Shown here: one piece after another, positions 16,393 through 23,678 of the stretch
Position numbering within the stretch: the stretch's first letter is position 1
How the letters are laid out: every line of letters starts with the position of its first letter
Assembly (NCBI GenBank): GCA_030591565.1
Contig: JAUVAU010000002.1
Span: 12,856 to 76,855 of the forward strand
Reading direction: 5' to 3'
Length of the DNA: 64,000 nucleotides
From: Deltaproteobacteria bacterium
GTDB lineage: Bacteria > Desulfobacterota > Deferrisomatia > Deferrisomatales > BM512
Notes under the pieces: model-generated
Databases searched by the model: none
Told to the model about the DNA's origin: nothing
Seen by the model: only the letters and a program-made list of their open reading frames with translations
Program-made: the position numbers and the translations under genes

Positions 16393-16989
16393 TTACAAAT
16401 GTCCTCCGTCCACGTCGACATGGCGGGCAGCCTCGTCATCGAAGCCTATGTAAAAAGTCTGGGGTTTGTTGCCCGACTCCGGTTTCATCACCACCGCCGA
16501 TTCACGCGCAAGGATTCTCGCTATCTGGCTCTTGGGGTCGGCCAGGTCGCCAAACATCATCGCGCCGGTTGGGCAGTTGGTGGCGCACACCGGCGGTCCG
16601 TGGCCTTCTCGCACGCGGGGCCAGCACCAATCGCACTTTTCAGCCACCTTGCGAGTGGGGTGGATGAATCTCACGGAGTAGGGGCAGGCCGCCATGCAGT
16701 AGCCGCAGCCGATGCAGCGGTGGGGGTCGATGTAGACGATCCCGTTGTCCATCGAATAGGTGGCCTCAACCGGGCACACCTGAGTACACGCGGGTCGCTC
16801 GCACTGGTTGCAAAAGATCGGGAAGAAGTGGTCCCTTACGTTTGGGTAAGTGCCCTTTTCCACCTGCTTGACCCAGGTGCGGTACACACCGAGCGGCACA
16901 TCGTTTTCAACCTTGCACGCCACCTGACAGGTGCGGCACCCGATGCATTTACGCAAGTCGATCAAAAAGCCGTAACGTGTTCGGCTCAT
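16393..16989 (-). CDS. Four-cluster [4Fe-4S] ferredoxin subunit (NrfC/DsrO/HmcB/PsrB type), no recognisable signal peptide
   Basis: Cys groups CIGCRTCQVAC, CNQCERPACTQVCP, CIGCGYCMAACP, CDWC...CATNCP. The N-terminus MSRTRYGFLIDLRKCIGC runs straight into the first cluster with no twin-arginine leader. Confidence 0.9.
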   Translation of the reverse strand: MSRTRYGFLIDLRKCIGCRTCQVACKVENDVPLGVYRTWVKQVEKGTYPNVRDHFFPIFCNQCERPACTQVCPVEATYSMDNGIVYIDPHRCIGCGYCMAACPYSVRFIHPTRKVAEKCDWCWPRVREGHGPPVCATNCPTGAMMFGDLADPKSQIARILARESAVVMKPESGNKPQTFYIGFDDEAARHVDVDGGHL

Positions 16990-17013
16990 ATCAGCGTTTC
17001 CTTCTTTACGGTG

Positions 17014-17991
17014 CTAGCCATCGGCGTCCTCACGACGGTAGAGCGTAGTGAACCCTATAAAGAGGGCCAAGAGACCGAGCGCTGCGCCGCCTCCCCAGAT
17101 GAGGAAGGTGTACAGAGTTGCGGTGACTGTGGAGGGCCCATCTTCAAAGCCACCCTTCAAGTGAAACTTGTCGGAGCGTTCCTGGTCGACCTTCAGCTCC
17201 GGCCTGTGGCAGTCGGGGCAGTTGTCGCCGGTAACGTTCTCTTCCGCGTGAGCGCCCTGGCCCTGGTGGCATGCCAGACAGCGCTCGGAGGCATACTGGG
17301 TTGAGGCGTCGCCCTTGCCGTGTCCGCTGATTCTCCAGCCCGCAAGCACGCCTCCGATTCCTGAGGAGCTGACCTGCTCCACGTGGCAGCGCCCACAGGT
17401 TTTGGCGATATTGTCCGGGTTGACCGATGACGCGGGGTCTTCGGCCTTCAGGACGTAATGGGCGGTGTGGCAGTCGGAGCAAAATGGTGCGTCCGGGTTG
17501 CCATGTTCCCATTCCCAGGCGTGGGAGGTGTTCATCCAGACCTCGCCGGTGCGCGCTTCATTCGGCGGTGGCTTGATGCCCTTTTCTTTCAACTTTTTCA
17601 GCGCATCGACGGGAAACAACCCCTCGGTTTTGCGAGAGGAGTGGCAGGCCCTGCAATCGGCGTTGGGGTAGCCTTCACGCGGATGGACGTTGGGGTTTGC
17701 GTTCTGGTGGCAATCGATGCACTCGATCCCTTTTTTGCCGTGGACCGATAATACGTAGCGTTTTAAATCAATGTGCAGATCCACGGTGCGTCCGAGGGCA
17801 GTGCCCGCCATCGTGCCCTCTTCGCCGTGGCAATTTTTAAGACACTTATCGTTGGTGTAGGGCTCTTCGATGTGTTCGCGCTCGATGAAGTCGGGCACCT
17901 TCTCTTTGGCTGCGTAGCTTTGCGATATCCCAACCACCAGCAGAGCGGTGAGGCTGGCCGCCATGAATGTGCATGCTTTGGCCCGGATCAT
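17014..17991 (-). CDS. Heptahaem c-type cytochrome with N-terminal signal peptide and C-terminal TM anchor
   Basis: MIRAKACTFMAASLTALLVVGISQSYA|AKEK. Seven CxxCH motifs (CLKNCH, CIDCH, CRACH, CSDCH, CGRCH, CLACH, CPDCH). C-terminal helix LYTFLIWGGGAALGLLALFIGFTTLY. ATG 17991 overlaps the upstream stop (ATGA). The ORF extension to 18096 is rejected. Confidence 0.85.
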   Translation of the reverse strand: MIRAKACTFMAASLTALLVVGISQSYAAKEKVPDFIEREHIEEPYTNDKCLKNCHGEEGTMAGTALGRTVDLHIDLKRYVLSVHGKKGIECIDCHQNANPNVHPREGYPNADCRACHSSRKTEGLFPVDALKKLKEKGIKPPPNEARTGEVWMNTSHAWEWEHGNPDAPFCSDCHTAHYVLKAEDPASSVNPDNIAKTCGRCHVEQVSSSGIGGVLAGWRISGHGKGDASTQYASERCLACHQGQGAHAEENVTGDNCPDCHRPELKVDQERSDKFHLKGGFEDGPSTVTATLYTFLIWGGGAALGLLALFIGFTTLYRREDADG

Positions 17992-19934
17992 ACCAGCGCC
18001 CTTTCGATTATCTCCGCGATGTCGAGTACCTTGAACTCCTCTTCCTTGCCTGCGGCCTTCACGCCGTCGTCCAGCATCGTCAGGCAAAAGGGGCACGCCG
18101 ACGCGATGGTGTCGGCCCCGGTGGACATCGCTTCATCAGCACGTTTGTTGTTTATGCGCTCGCCCTCCTCCTCCATCCACATCCTGCCGCCACCGGCTCC
18201 ACAGCAAAAACTGTCTTCGCCGTGGCGCTCCATCTCGGTCAGCTCAAGCCCGCCGACCGAACCGAGCAGGTTGCGGGGCTCAGCCGTTATTCCAGCGTAG
18301 CGTGACAGGTAGCACGAATCGTGCAGAGTGACGTTCTGGGGCATCTCGCGGCTGAGGCGTATGCGGTGTTTGTCAACAAGGTCCAGGAGGTAGTCGCTGT
18401 GGTGGACGACCTCGAAGTTGCCGCCGAACTGCGGATACTCCTTGGAGATCGATTTAAGGCAATGGGGGCAGGGGGCGATGATCTTGGTCACGCCCAGCGC
18501 ATTCATCGTCGCGATGTTTTCCTCGGCCAGCGTCTGGTAGAGGTACTCGTTGCCGGTCGAACGTGCGGGGTCGCCGCAGCATTTTTCCGCCTCACCGAGT
18601 ACTCCGAAGCTGATGCCGGCGTGGTCGAGGATTTTCACTAAAGAGGCTATGACCCGCTGGTAACGATCATCGAAGCTGCCCGCGCAGCCGACCCAGAGGA
18701 GCAGATCGAATTCTGGTTTTTCTTCCTTGGTGAGGATTCTGGGGTGGATGTTTCTCCGCCGCATCCAGTCGTTGCGCTCGGACCAGCCCACGCCCCAGGG
18801 GTTGAAGTTGTTCTCGATATTCTTATTGAGCGCGATCAGCTCATTGGGCATCTGGCCTTCCATCAGGACCAAGTGCCTGCGCATATCCACGATCTTGTCC
18901 ACGTGCTCGATCTGCATGGGGCAAACCTCCATGCAGTGGCGGCAAGTGGTGCAGCTCCAGATATCTTCTTCGCCCACGCCGGAGCCGCCTATCATCGGGT
19001 CGGGGTAGCTCTCTGCCTTGCCCTTGCGAATGTATGGCGCTTTTCCGGTGAGGTTGGTGCGAAGATCTTGAATTACCTTTTTGGGATTGAGCGTCTTGCC
19101 GGTGCTGTAAGCGGGGCACTTGGCCTGGCAGCGGCCACAGCGCACGCACGCCTCAAGGTCCAGCAGCTGCTTCCAGGTGAAGTTTTCAACCTCACCCACG
19201 CCGAATATCTCGGAGTTCTCAATGTCGATCTTGGTGAATGCGCCCTTGGGGCCGCGGTTGGCGAGCGCGATGTTCGCCGGGCCGAGGAGGACATGGGATA
19301 ATTTGCCGTAGGGCAAGGACGCCAGGGCGAAGAGCACGATGTAGATGTGCACGCGCCACACCACACCCAGGAGATCGGCGGCGGTGTCGGTGCTCATTAC
19401 CTTTAGCGGCAAGCCAACGACCAGGCCCACGGGAGTCAGTATGTCGGATACCGATGCCGAGGTCGCGATGCGTAGCGCCTCGGTGCCAAAGCCGGTAAGG
19501 AAGATGGCGTAGAGGACCACGTAGACCCAGCCGTCTTCAATCTTGTTGTCCAGCTCTTCGGGTTTTTCACGATAGCGGCGCAGCAACAACTTTGTCGTCG
19601 CCCAGACGCCGGCAATCGCAATTGCTTCCAGCGCCAGTGTCGTAAGGCCGGAAAATAAAGAGGGTAGACGTATGCCGAATTGGATGAGGAAGACCACCAG
19701 GAGCGGCACGGTGAAGGCAAGAAACAGCAGGTAGTGATGGGTGCCGTGGGGCTCTTCACGACGTACCCTGGCGTGACCGAAGACGGCCTTGAAGGTCTCC
19801 AAAACCCTGTCGGAAAATCCGTCGAGACGGTTGTCCGGGGTTCCCAACCAAATCAAGCGTGCTTTTCGCAACACCCCTACGGCGAAAACGGCCGCCGCGA
19901 TCAAAACCAGGGCGAAATCAAATGTATTTGCCAT
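17988..19934 (-). CDS. Fusion of NarI/DsrM-like membrane (haem-b type) domain with HdrD/DsrK-like Fe-S/CCG domain (membrane-bound Fe-S oxidoreductase)
   Basis: N-terminal ~230 aa has 5-6 TM helices and conserved His (HGTHHYLLF, WRVHIYIV, GKLSHVL). Then CVRCGRCQAKCP and CTTCRHCMEVCP, and two CCG domains (VGC..EKCCGDP..CPHC; DSC..SFCCGAGG..CPFC). Confidence 0.85.
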   Translation of the reverse strand: MANTFDFALVLIAAAVFAVGVLRKARLIWLGTPDNRLDGFSDRVLETFKAVFGHARVRREEPHGTHHYLLFLAFTVPLLVVFLIQFGIRLPSLFSGLTTLALEAIAIAGVWATTKLLLRRYREKPEELDNKIEDGWVYVVLYAIFLTGFGTEALRIATSASVSDILTPVGLVVGLPLKVMSTDTAADLLGVVWRVHIYIVLFALASLPYGKLSHVLLGPANIALANRGPKGAFTKIDIENSEIFGVGEVENFTWKQLLDLEACVRCGRCQAKCPAYSTGKTLNPKKVIQDLRTNLTGKAPYIRKGKAESYPDPMIGGSGVGEEDIWSCTTCRHCMEVCPMQIEHVDKIVDMRRHLVLMEGQMPNELIALNKNIENNFNPWGVGWSERNDWMRRRNIHPRILTKEEKPEFDLLLWVGCAGSFDDRYQRVIASLVKILDHAGISFGVLGEAEKCCGDPARSTGNEYLYQTLAEENIATMNALGVTKIIAPCPHCLKSISKEYPQFGGNFEVVHHSDYLLDLVDKHRIRLSREMPQNVTLHDSCYLSRYAGITAEPRNLLGSVGGLELTEMERHGEDSFCCGAGGGRMWMEEEGERINNKRADEAMSTGADTIASACPFCLTMLDDGVKAAGKEEEFKVLDIAEIIERALV

Positions 19935-20087
19935 ATGCCTTTTCCGGGCTTATCTGAACCTGTTGGAGCAACTGGTCGGTCTATGAAACAAAATCGGGAA
20001 ACGAAACCGGGAAACCGGATTGAACATTTAAGCACAAAACACCTTCGTGCCGAAAGGGTAAACGCCTTTAAATCGATTGCATTCAGA

Positions 20088-21233
20088 CTAGTCTTTCAGC
20101 AGGGAGCGCGCGATGACCATTTTCTGGATTTCGCTTGTCCCTTCGTAGATCTCGGTAATCTTGGCGTCGCGGTAAAAACGCTCCACCGGGTACTCGTCGA
20201 TGTAGCCGTAGCCGCCAAAAACCTGTATCGCTTCACGTGTGACCTTCATCGCCACATCCGAGGCGAAGAGCTTTGCCGTGGCCGACTGGGTGCCATAGCT
20301 CCTGACGCCCTGATCCTTCATCCACGCTGCCCGGTAGGTGAGCAATCTGGCCGCATCAATCTCGGTTGCCATATCGGCGAGCTTCCACTGGATTGCTTGG
20401 AATGCGCCGATCGGCTTGCCGAACTGAACTCGCTCCTTGGCGTATTCAACTGCCGCGTCCATGGCGCCCTGGGCGATGCCAAGGGCCTGGGCCGCGATGC
20501 CGATCCTGCCGCCATCCAGCGTTGCCAGGGCAATCTTGAACCCCTCTCCCGGTTTGCCCAAAATGTTTTCCCTGGGGATGCGGCACTCGTCGAAGACAAG
20601 CTCCGCCGTGGAGCTGGCCCTGATGCCAAGCTTGTGCTCCTCCTTGGCGACCTTGTAGCCCGGTGCGTCGGAGGGGACTATGAAGGCGGACATGCCGTGT
20701 GTTCCCGCTTCCTTGTCGGTCATGGCGATGATAACCGCCACACCGGCGGGGCCGCCGTTGGTGATGAATATTTTGGAGCCGTTAAGAACCCACTCGTCGC
20801 CGTCGAGAACCGCAGTGGTCTTCTGGTTGCCTGCGTCCGAGCCTGCCTGATTCTCGGTCAGCCCCAGACAGCCCAGCACCTTGCCGCTGCAAAGCCCGGG
20901 GAGGAATTTCTTTTTCTGCTCCTCGGTCCCGAACTTGTAGATAGGATCGCAGCAGAGGCTGGAATGGGCCGAGACCACCACGCCGGTGGAGGCGCAGACG
21001 GTCGATAGCTCCTCGACGACGATCGCGTAGCACTGGTAGTCCATGCCACCGCCGCCGTATTCATCCGGGAAGGCGGCGCCCATGAATCCGAGCTCGCCCA
21101 TCTTGTCCACCAGCTCCATCTGGAACTTGGCGTCCTTGTCCATCTGGGCCGCCAGCGGAGCGACCTCTTCTCTGGCAAACTTGCGCACGGTGTCGCGCAC
21201 CATCTTCTGAATGTCGTTCAGTTCAAAATCCAT
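20088..21233 (-). CDS. Acyl-CoA dehydrogenase (butyryl-CoA dehydrogenase-like)
   Basis: 381 aa, full-length ACAD (..LGLTE..AGSDAG.., ..GGYGY..EYPVERFYRDAKITEIYEGTSEIQ..). Confidence 0.9.
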   Translation of the reverse strand: MDFELNDIQKMVRDTVRKFAREEVAPLAAQMDKDAKFQMELVDKMGELGFMGAAFPDEYGGGGMDYQCYAIVVEELSTVCASTGVVVSAHSSLCCDPIYKFGTEEQKKKFLPGLCSGKVLGCLGLTENQAGSDAGNQKTTAVLDGDEWVLNGSKIFITNGGPAGVAVIIAMTDKEAGTHGMSAFIVPSDAPGYKVAKEEHKLGIRASSTAELVFDECRIPRENILGKPGEGFKIALATLDGGRIGIAAQALGIAQGAMDAAVEYAKERVQFGKPIGAFQAIQWKLADMATEIDAARLLTYRAAWMKDQGVRSYGTQSATAKLFASDVAMKVTREAIQVFGGYGYIDEYPVERFYRDAKITEIYEGTSEIQKMVIARSLLKD

Positions 21234-21247
21234 TGGCTACCACCTGA

Positions 21248-22114
21248 CTATTCGTAAGTGTAAAACCCGCGTCCCGATTTCTGCCCCAGATAACCTGCGT
21301 CCACCATCTTTTTAAGAAGCGGGCAGGCTCGGTATTTGGAGTCCTTGAAGCCATCGTGGAGGACTTCCATGATGTAGAGGCACACATCCAGGCCGATCAG
21401 ATCGGCCAGCGCCAGGGGGCCCATGGGATGGGCCATGCCAAGCTTCATCACGTTGTCGATCGCCTCGGGGGTGGCGACGCCTTCGTAGAGGCAGTAGACC
21501 GCTTCGTTTATCATCGGGAGCAGAATGCGGTTGGAGACGAAACCGGGAGAGTCCTCGGCCTTGACCGGGATCTTGCCCAGCTGCTCGGTGGTTTTTTTCA
21601 CCAGCTCGTAGGTCTCGGGCGAGGTCTGAAGGCCGGTGATTACCTCAACGAGCTTCATCACCGGTACCGGGTTCATAAAATGCATACCAATCACCGACTC
21701 GGGGCGCTTGGTGACGGCGGCGATCTTCGTGATGGATATCGAAGAGGTGTTGGTGGCGAGTATCGCCCCGTCTCTGATCGCCGCGTCCATCTCTTCAAAT
21801 ATCTTGGCTTTGATCTCCGGGTTCTCGGTGGCGGCCTCCACGGCCAGATCGCAGTCGGCCATATCGGCAATGGCCGTAGTGGTCGTTATTCGCGCCAGCG
21901 CCGCGTCTTTATCCTCTTCGCTCATGCGTCCCTTGGTGACCGAGCGCTCCAGATTCTTGCCGATACGCCCAAAACCATTCTGGACGAACTCTTCGGTGAT
22001 ATCTCTTAGCACCACCTCAAAGCCGGAGACGGCGAAGACTTGCGCTATCCCGTGGCCCATCTGTCCGGCGCCGATGACGCCGACTTTTTTGATTTCCATA
22101 ACTAGCTCCTCCAA
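21248..22114 (-). CDS. hbd: 3-hydroxybutyryl-CoA dehydrogenase
   Basis: Rossmann motif VGVIGAGQMGHGIAQV, ..IATNTSS.SIT.., ..GMHFMNPVP.M.LVE... , ..PGF..NR.L.P.. The start may be the internal Met at 22099. Confidence 0.9.
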   Translation of the reverse strand: MEELVMEIKKVGVIGAGQMGHGIAQVFAVSGFEVVLRDITEEFVQNGFGRIGKNLERSVTKGRMSEEDKDAALARITTTTAIADMADCDLAVEAATENPEIKAKIFEEMDAAIRDGAILATNTSSISITKIAAVTKRPESVIGMHFMNPVPVMKLVEVITGLQTSPETYELVKKTTEQLGKIPVKAEDSPGFVSNRILLPMINEAVYCLYEGVATPEAIDNVMKLGMAHPMGPLALADLIGLDVCLYIMEVLHDGFKDSKYRACPLLKKMVDAGYLGQKSGRGFYTYE

Positions 22115-22135
22115 ATTGAATGGGAAAATGTCTCT

Positions 22136-23320
22136 TTAACGCTCTACTACCATGGCGACCGCGCCGCCGCCGCCAAGGCAAAGGGTCGCGAGGCCGAGCT
22201 TTTCGCCACGTGCCTTCATGGCATATAGCAAGGTCGTCAGGATGCGGGCGCCGGAAGCCCCGACGGGGTGACCAAGGGCGATGGCTCCGCCGTTGACGTT
22301 TACACGTGACCAGTCCCAGCCCAGTTCCCTGCCGTCGGCCAGACATTGGGAGGCAAACGCCTCGTTGGCTTCGATCAGGCCGAAGTCATCGATCTTGCGG
22401 TTGCCGAGCTCCATCACCCGCCGGACTGCGTCGATGGGGGCGAAGAAGACATCCTTGGGCTCCCTGTGGGCGGAGGCGTACTCTTTTATTGAGGCGAGTA
22501 TTTCAAGGCCCTTGGCCTCGGCGATTTCCCGTGTCGTCACCACTACAGCGCTGGCGCCGTCGGTCAGCCCCGGCGCGTTACCGGCTGTGACCATGCCATC
22601 TTTTTGGAAGGCCGGGCGCAACTTTGCGAGGACCTCCACGGTGGAGTTGGGCTTGATGGCTTCATCCTCGGTCACGGTAATCGGGTCGCCCCTTCGCTGG
22701 GGGACCTGGACGGGGACGATCTCGTCTTTAAACTTGCCGGTTTCGGTGGCCTCTCCTGCTTTTCTCTGGCTGTCGGCTGCGAACCGGTCCAGCTCCTCGC
22801 GGGTCAGTCCGGCTTTCTCCGCCGTGTATTCCGCAAGGTTGCCCATGTGTACATCATTAAACGCGCACCAGAGGCCATCGTGAATGAGCGCATCTTCCGC
22901 CTGGAAGCCGCCCAGCTTGACGCCGCCCCGAAGGTTGCGCATGAGGTGGGGTGCGCTCGACATCGCCTCCATGCCGCCTGCGACTATCACCTGCGCGTCT
23001 CCTGCCTTTATCGCCTGGACGGCCAGCATGACCGCTTTCAGGCCGGAGCCGCAAACCTTGTTGATGGTGAAGGAGTTGGTGGTCGCCGGCAAACCGCCCT
23101 TGATCGCGGCCTGGCGGGCGGGGTTTTGCCCCTGACCTGCCGGGACCACATTGCCCATTATGCATTCGTCCACTTCGTCGGGTGAAATGCCAGAGCGCTT
23201 TACGGCCTCGGCCACCGCGAATCCGCCCAGATCACTTGCGCTAAAGTTGCCGAATACTCCAAGATAGCCGCCGATGGGGGTACGGCAGGCGGATACGATT
23301 ACCGGTTCGTTTCTGCTCAT
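22136..23320 (-). CDS. Acetyl-CoA C-acetyltransferase (thiolase II)
   Basis: Active-site contexts ..INKVCGSGLKAV.. (Cys nucleophile), ..NVNGGAIALGHPVGASG.. and ..LCLGGGGAVAM.. ; 394 aa. Confidence 0.92.
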   Translation of the reverse strand: MSRNEPVIVSACRTPIGGYLGVFGNFSASDLGGFAVAEAVKRSGISPDEVDECIMGNVVPAGQGQNPARQAAIKGGLPATTNSFTINKVCGSGLKAVMLAVQAIKAGDAQVIVAGGMEAMSSAPHLMRNLRGGVKLGGFQAEDALIHDGLWCAFNDVHMGNLAEYTAEKAGLTREELDRFAADSQRKAGEATETGKFKDEIVPVQVPQRRGDPITVTEDEAIKPNSTVEVLAKLRPAFQKDGMVTAGNAPGLTDGASAVVVTTREIAEAKGLEILASIKEYASAHREPKDVFFAPIDAVRRVMELGNRKIDDFGLIEANEAFASQCLADGRELGWDWSRVNVNGGAIALGHPVGASGARILTTLLYAMKARGEKLGLATLCLGGGGAVAMVVER

Positions 23321-23378
23321 GGTAACTCCTCAAATCCAAAAAGGTGTGAAATTGGCCTCCAACGAGGGCAACCAACCA

Positions 23379-23407
23379 ATTTTTCAACAACTGGCCGGTG
23401 GTGTCAA
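23379..23407 (-). promoter_or_regulatory. Candidate sigma70-type promoter of the thiolase-hbd-acd operon
   Basis: On the minus strand: TTGACA (23407-23402), 17-nt spacer, AAAAAT (23384-23379). A GAGGAG SD lies ahead of ATG 23320. The -10 match is weak. Confidence 0.3.
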
Positions 23408-23438
23408 CAAAACAATGAATATCTATTCATTGTTTTGT
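23407..23438. promoter_or_regulatory. Perfect 32-bp palindrome (15-bp arms, 2-bp centre) abutting the -35 of the beta-oxidation operon; probable operator
   Basis: ACAAAACAATGAATA-TC-TATTCATTGTTTTGT read directly; every arm position is complementary. Confidence 0.5.
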
Positions 23439-23623
23439 GTTATAGTAGTTTTAAGCCATCTGGACGCACCCGCGACAAAAATGATACAAACACCACTTGA
23501 CACCGAAATCATAGGTGTCATATTAGTTTCAGAGACTACAATTTTGGAGGAGTTCGGAACCACGCTAGTTCTTTGCCCCCCCGGAGAGCAGCACCGGGCT
23601 CCTCCTTTTATTTCAGACAAAAC

Positions 23624-23657
23624 AAAAAAACCGGCCAGGCGATGGTCGGTTTTTTTG
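23624..23657. terminator. Bidirectional rho-independent terminator-like hairpin downstream of the ankyrin gene
   Basis: AAAAAAACCGGCCAggcgaTGGTCGGTTTTTTT: an 8-bp stem with one G.T pair, an A-tract on the 5' side and a T-tract on the 3' side, 22 nt from the stop at 23679. Confidence 0.55.
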
Positions 23658-23678
23658 TTTGTTCAGGGGGCTGTGGCG

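Noticed and set aside
19680-21008. Long plus-strand ORF (442 aa) and similar long antisense ORFs elsewhere (for example 23274-24386 +, 25859-27079 +, 14413-15492 +, 11031-11828 +, 7934-9181 -, 59812-60513 -)
   Set aside because: Each lies exactly opposite a gene with unmistakable family motifs (acyl-CoA dehydrogenase, ankyrin protein, cobQ/EndoQ, cytochrome, meaB, lon, tetR). Their translations are low-complexity Arg/Gly/Ala/Pro-rich, as expected for shadow ORFs in high-GC DNA.
23381-23393. TTGTTGAAAAA upstream of the thiolase gene matches the MITE terminal repeat core TGTTGAAAAA; possible solo TIR
   Set aside because: Only ~10 nt match and there is no adjacent element-internal sequence. The same bases are better explained as the spacer/-10 region of the operon promoter.
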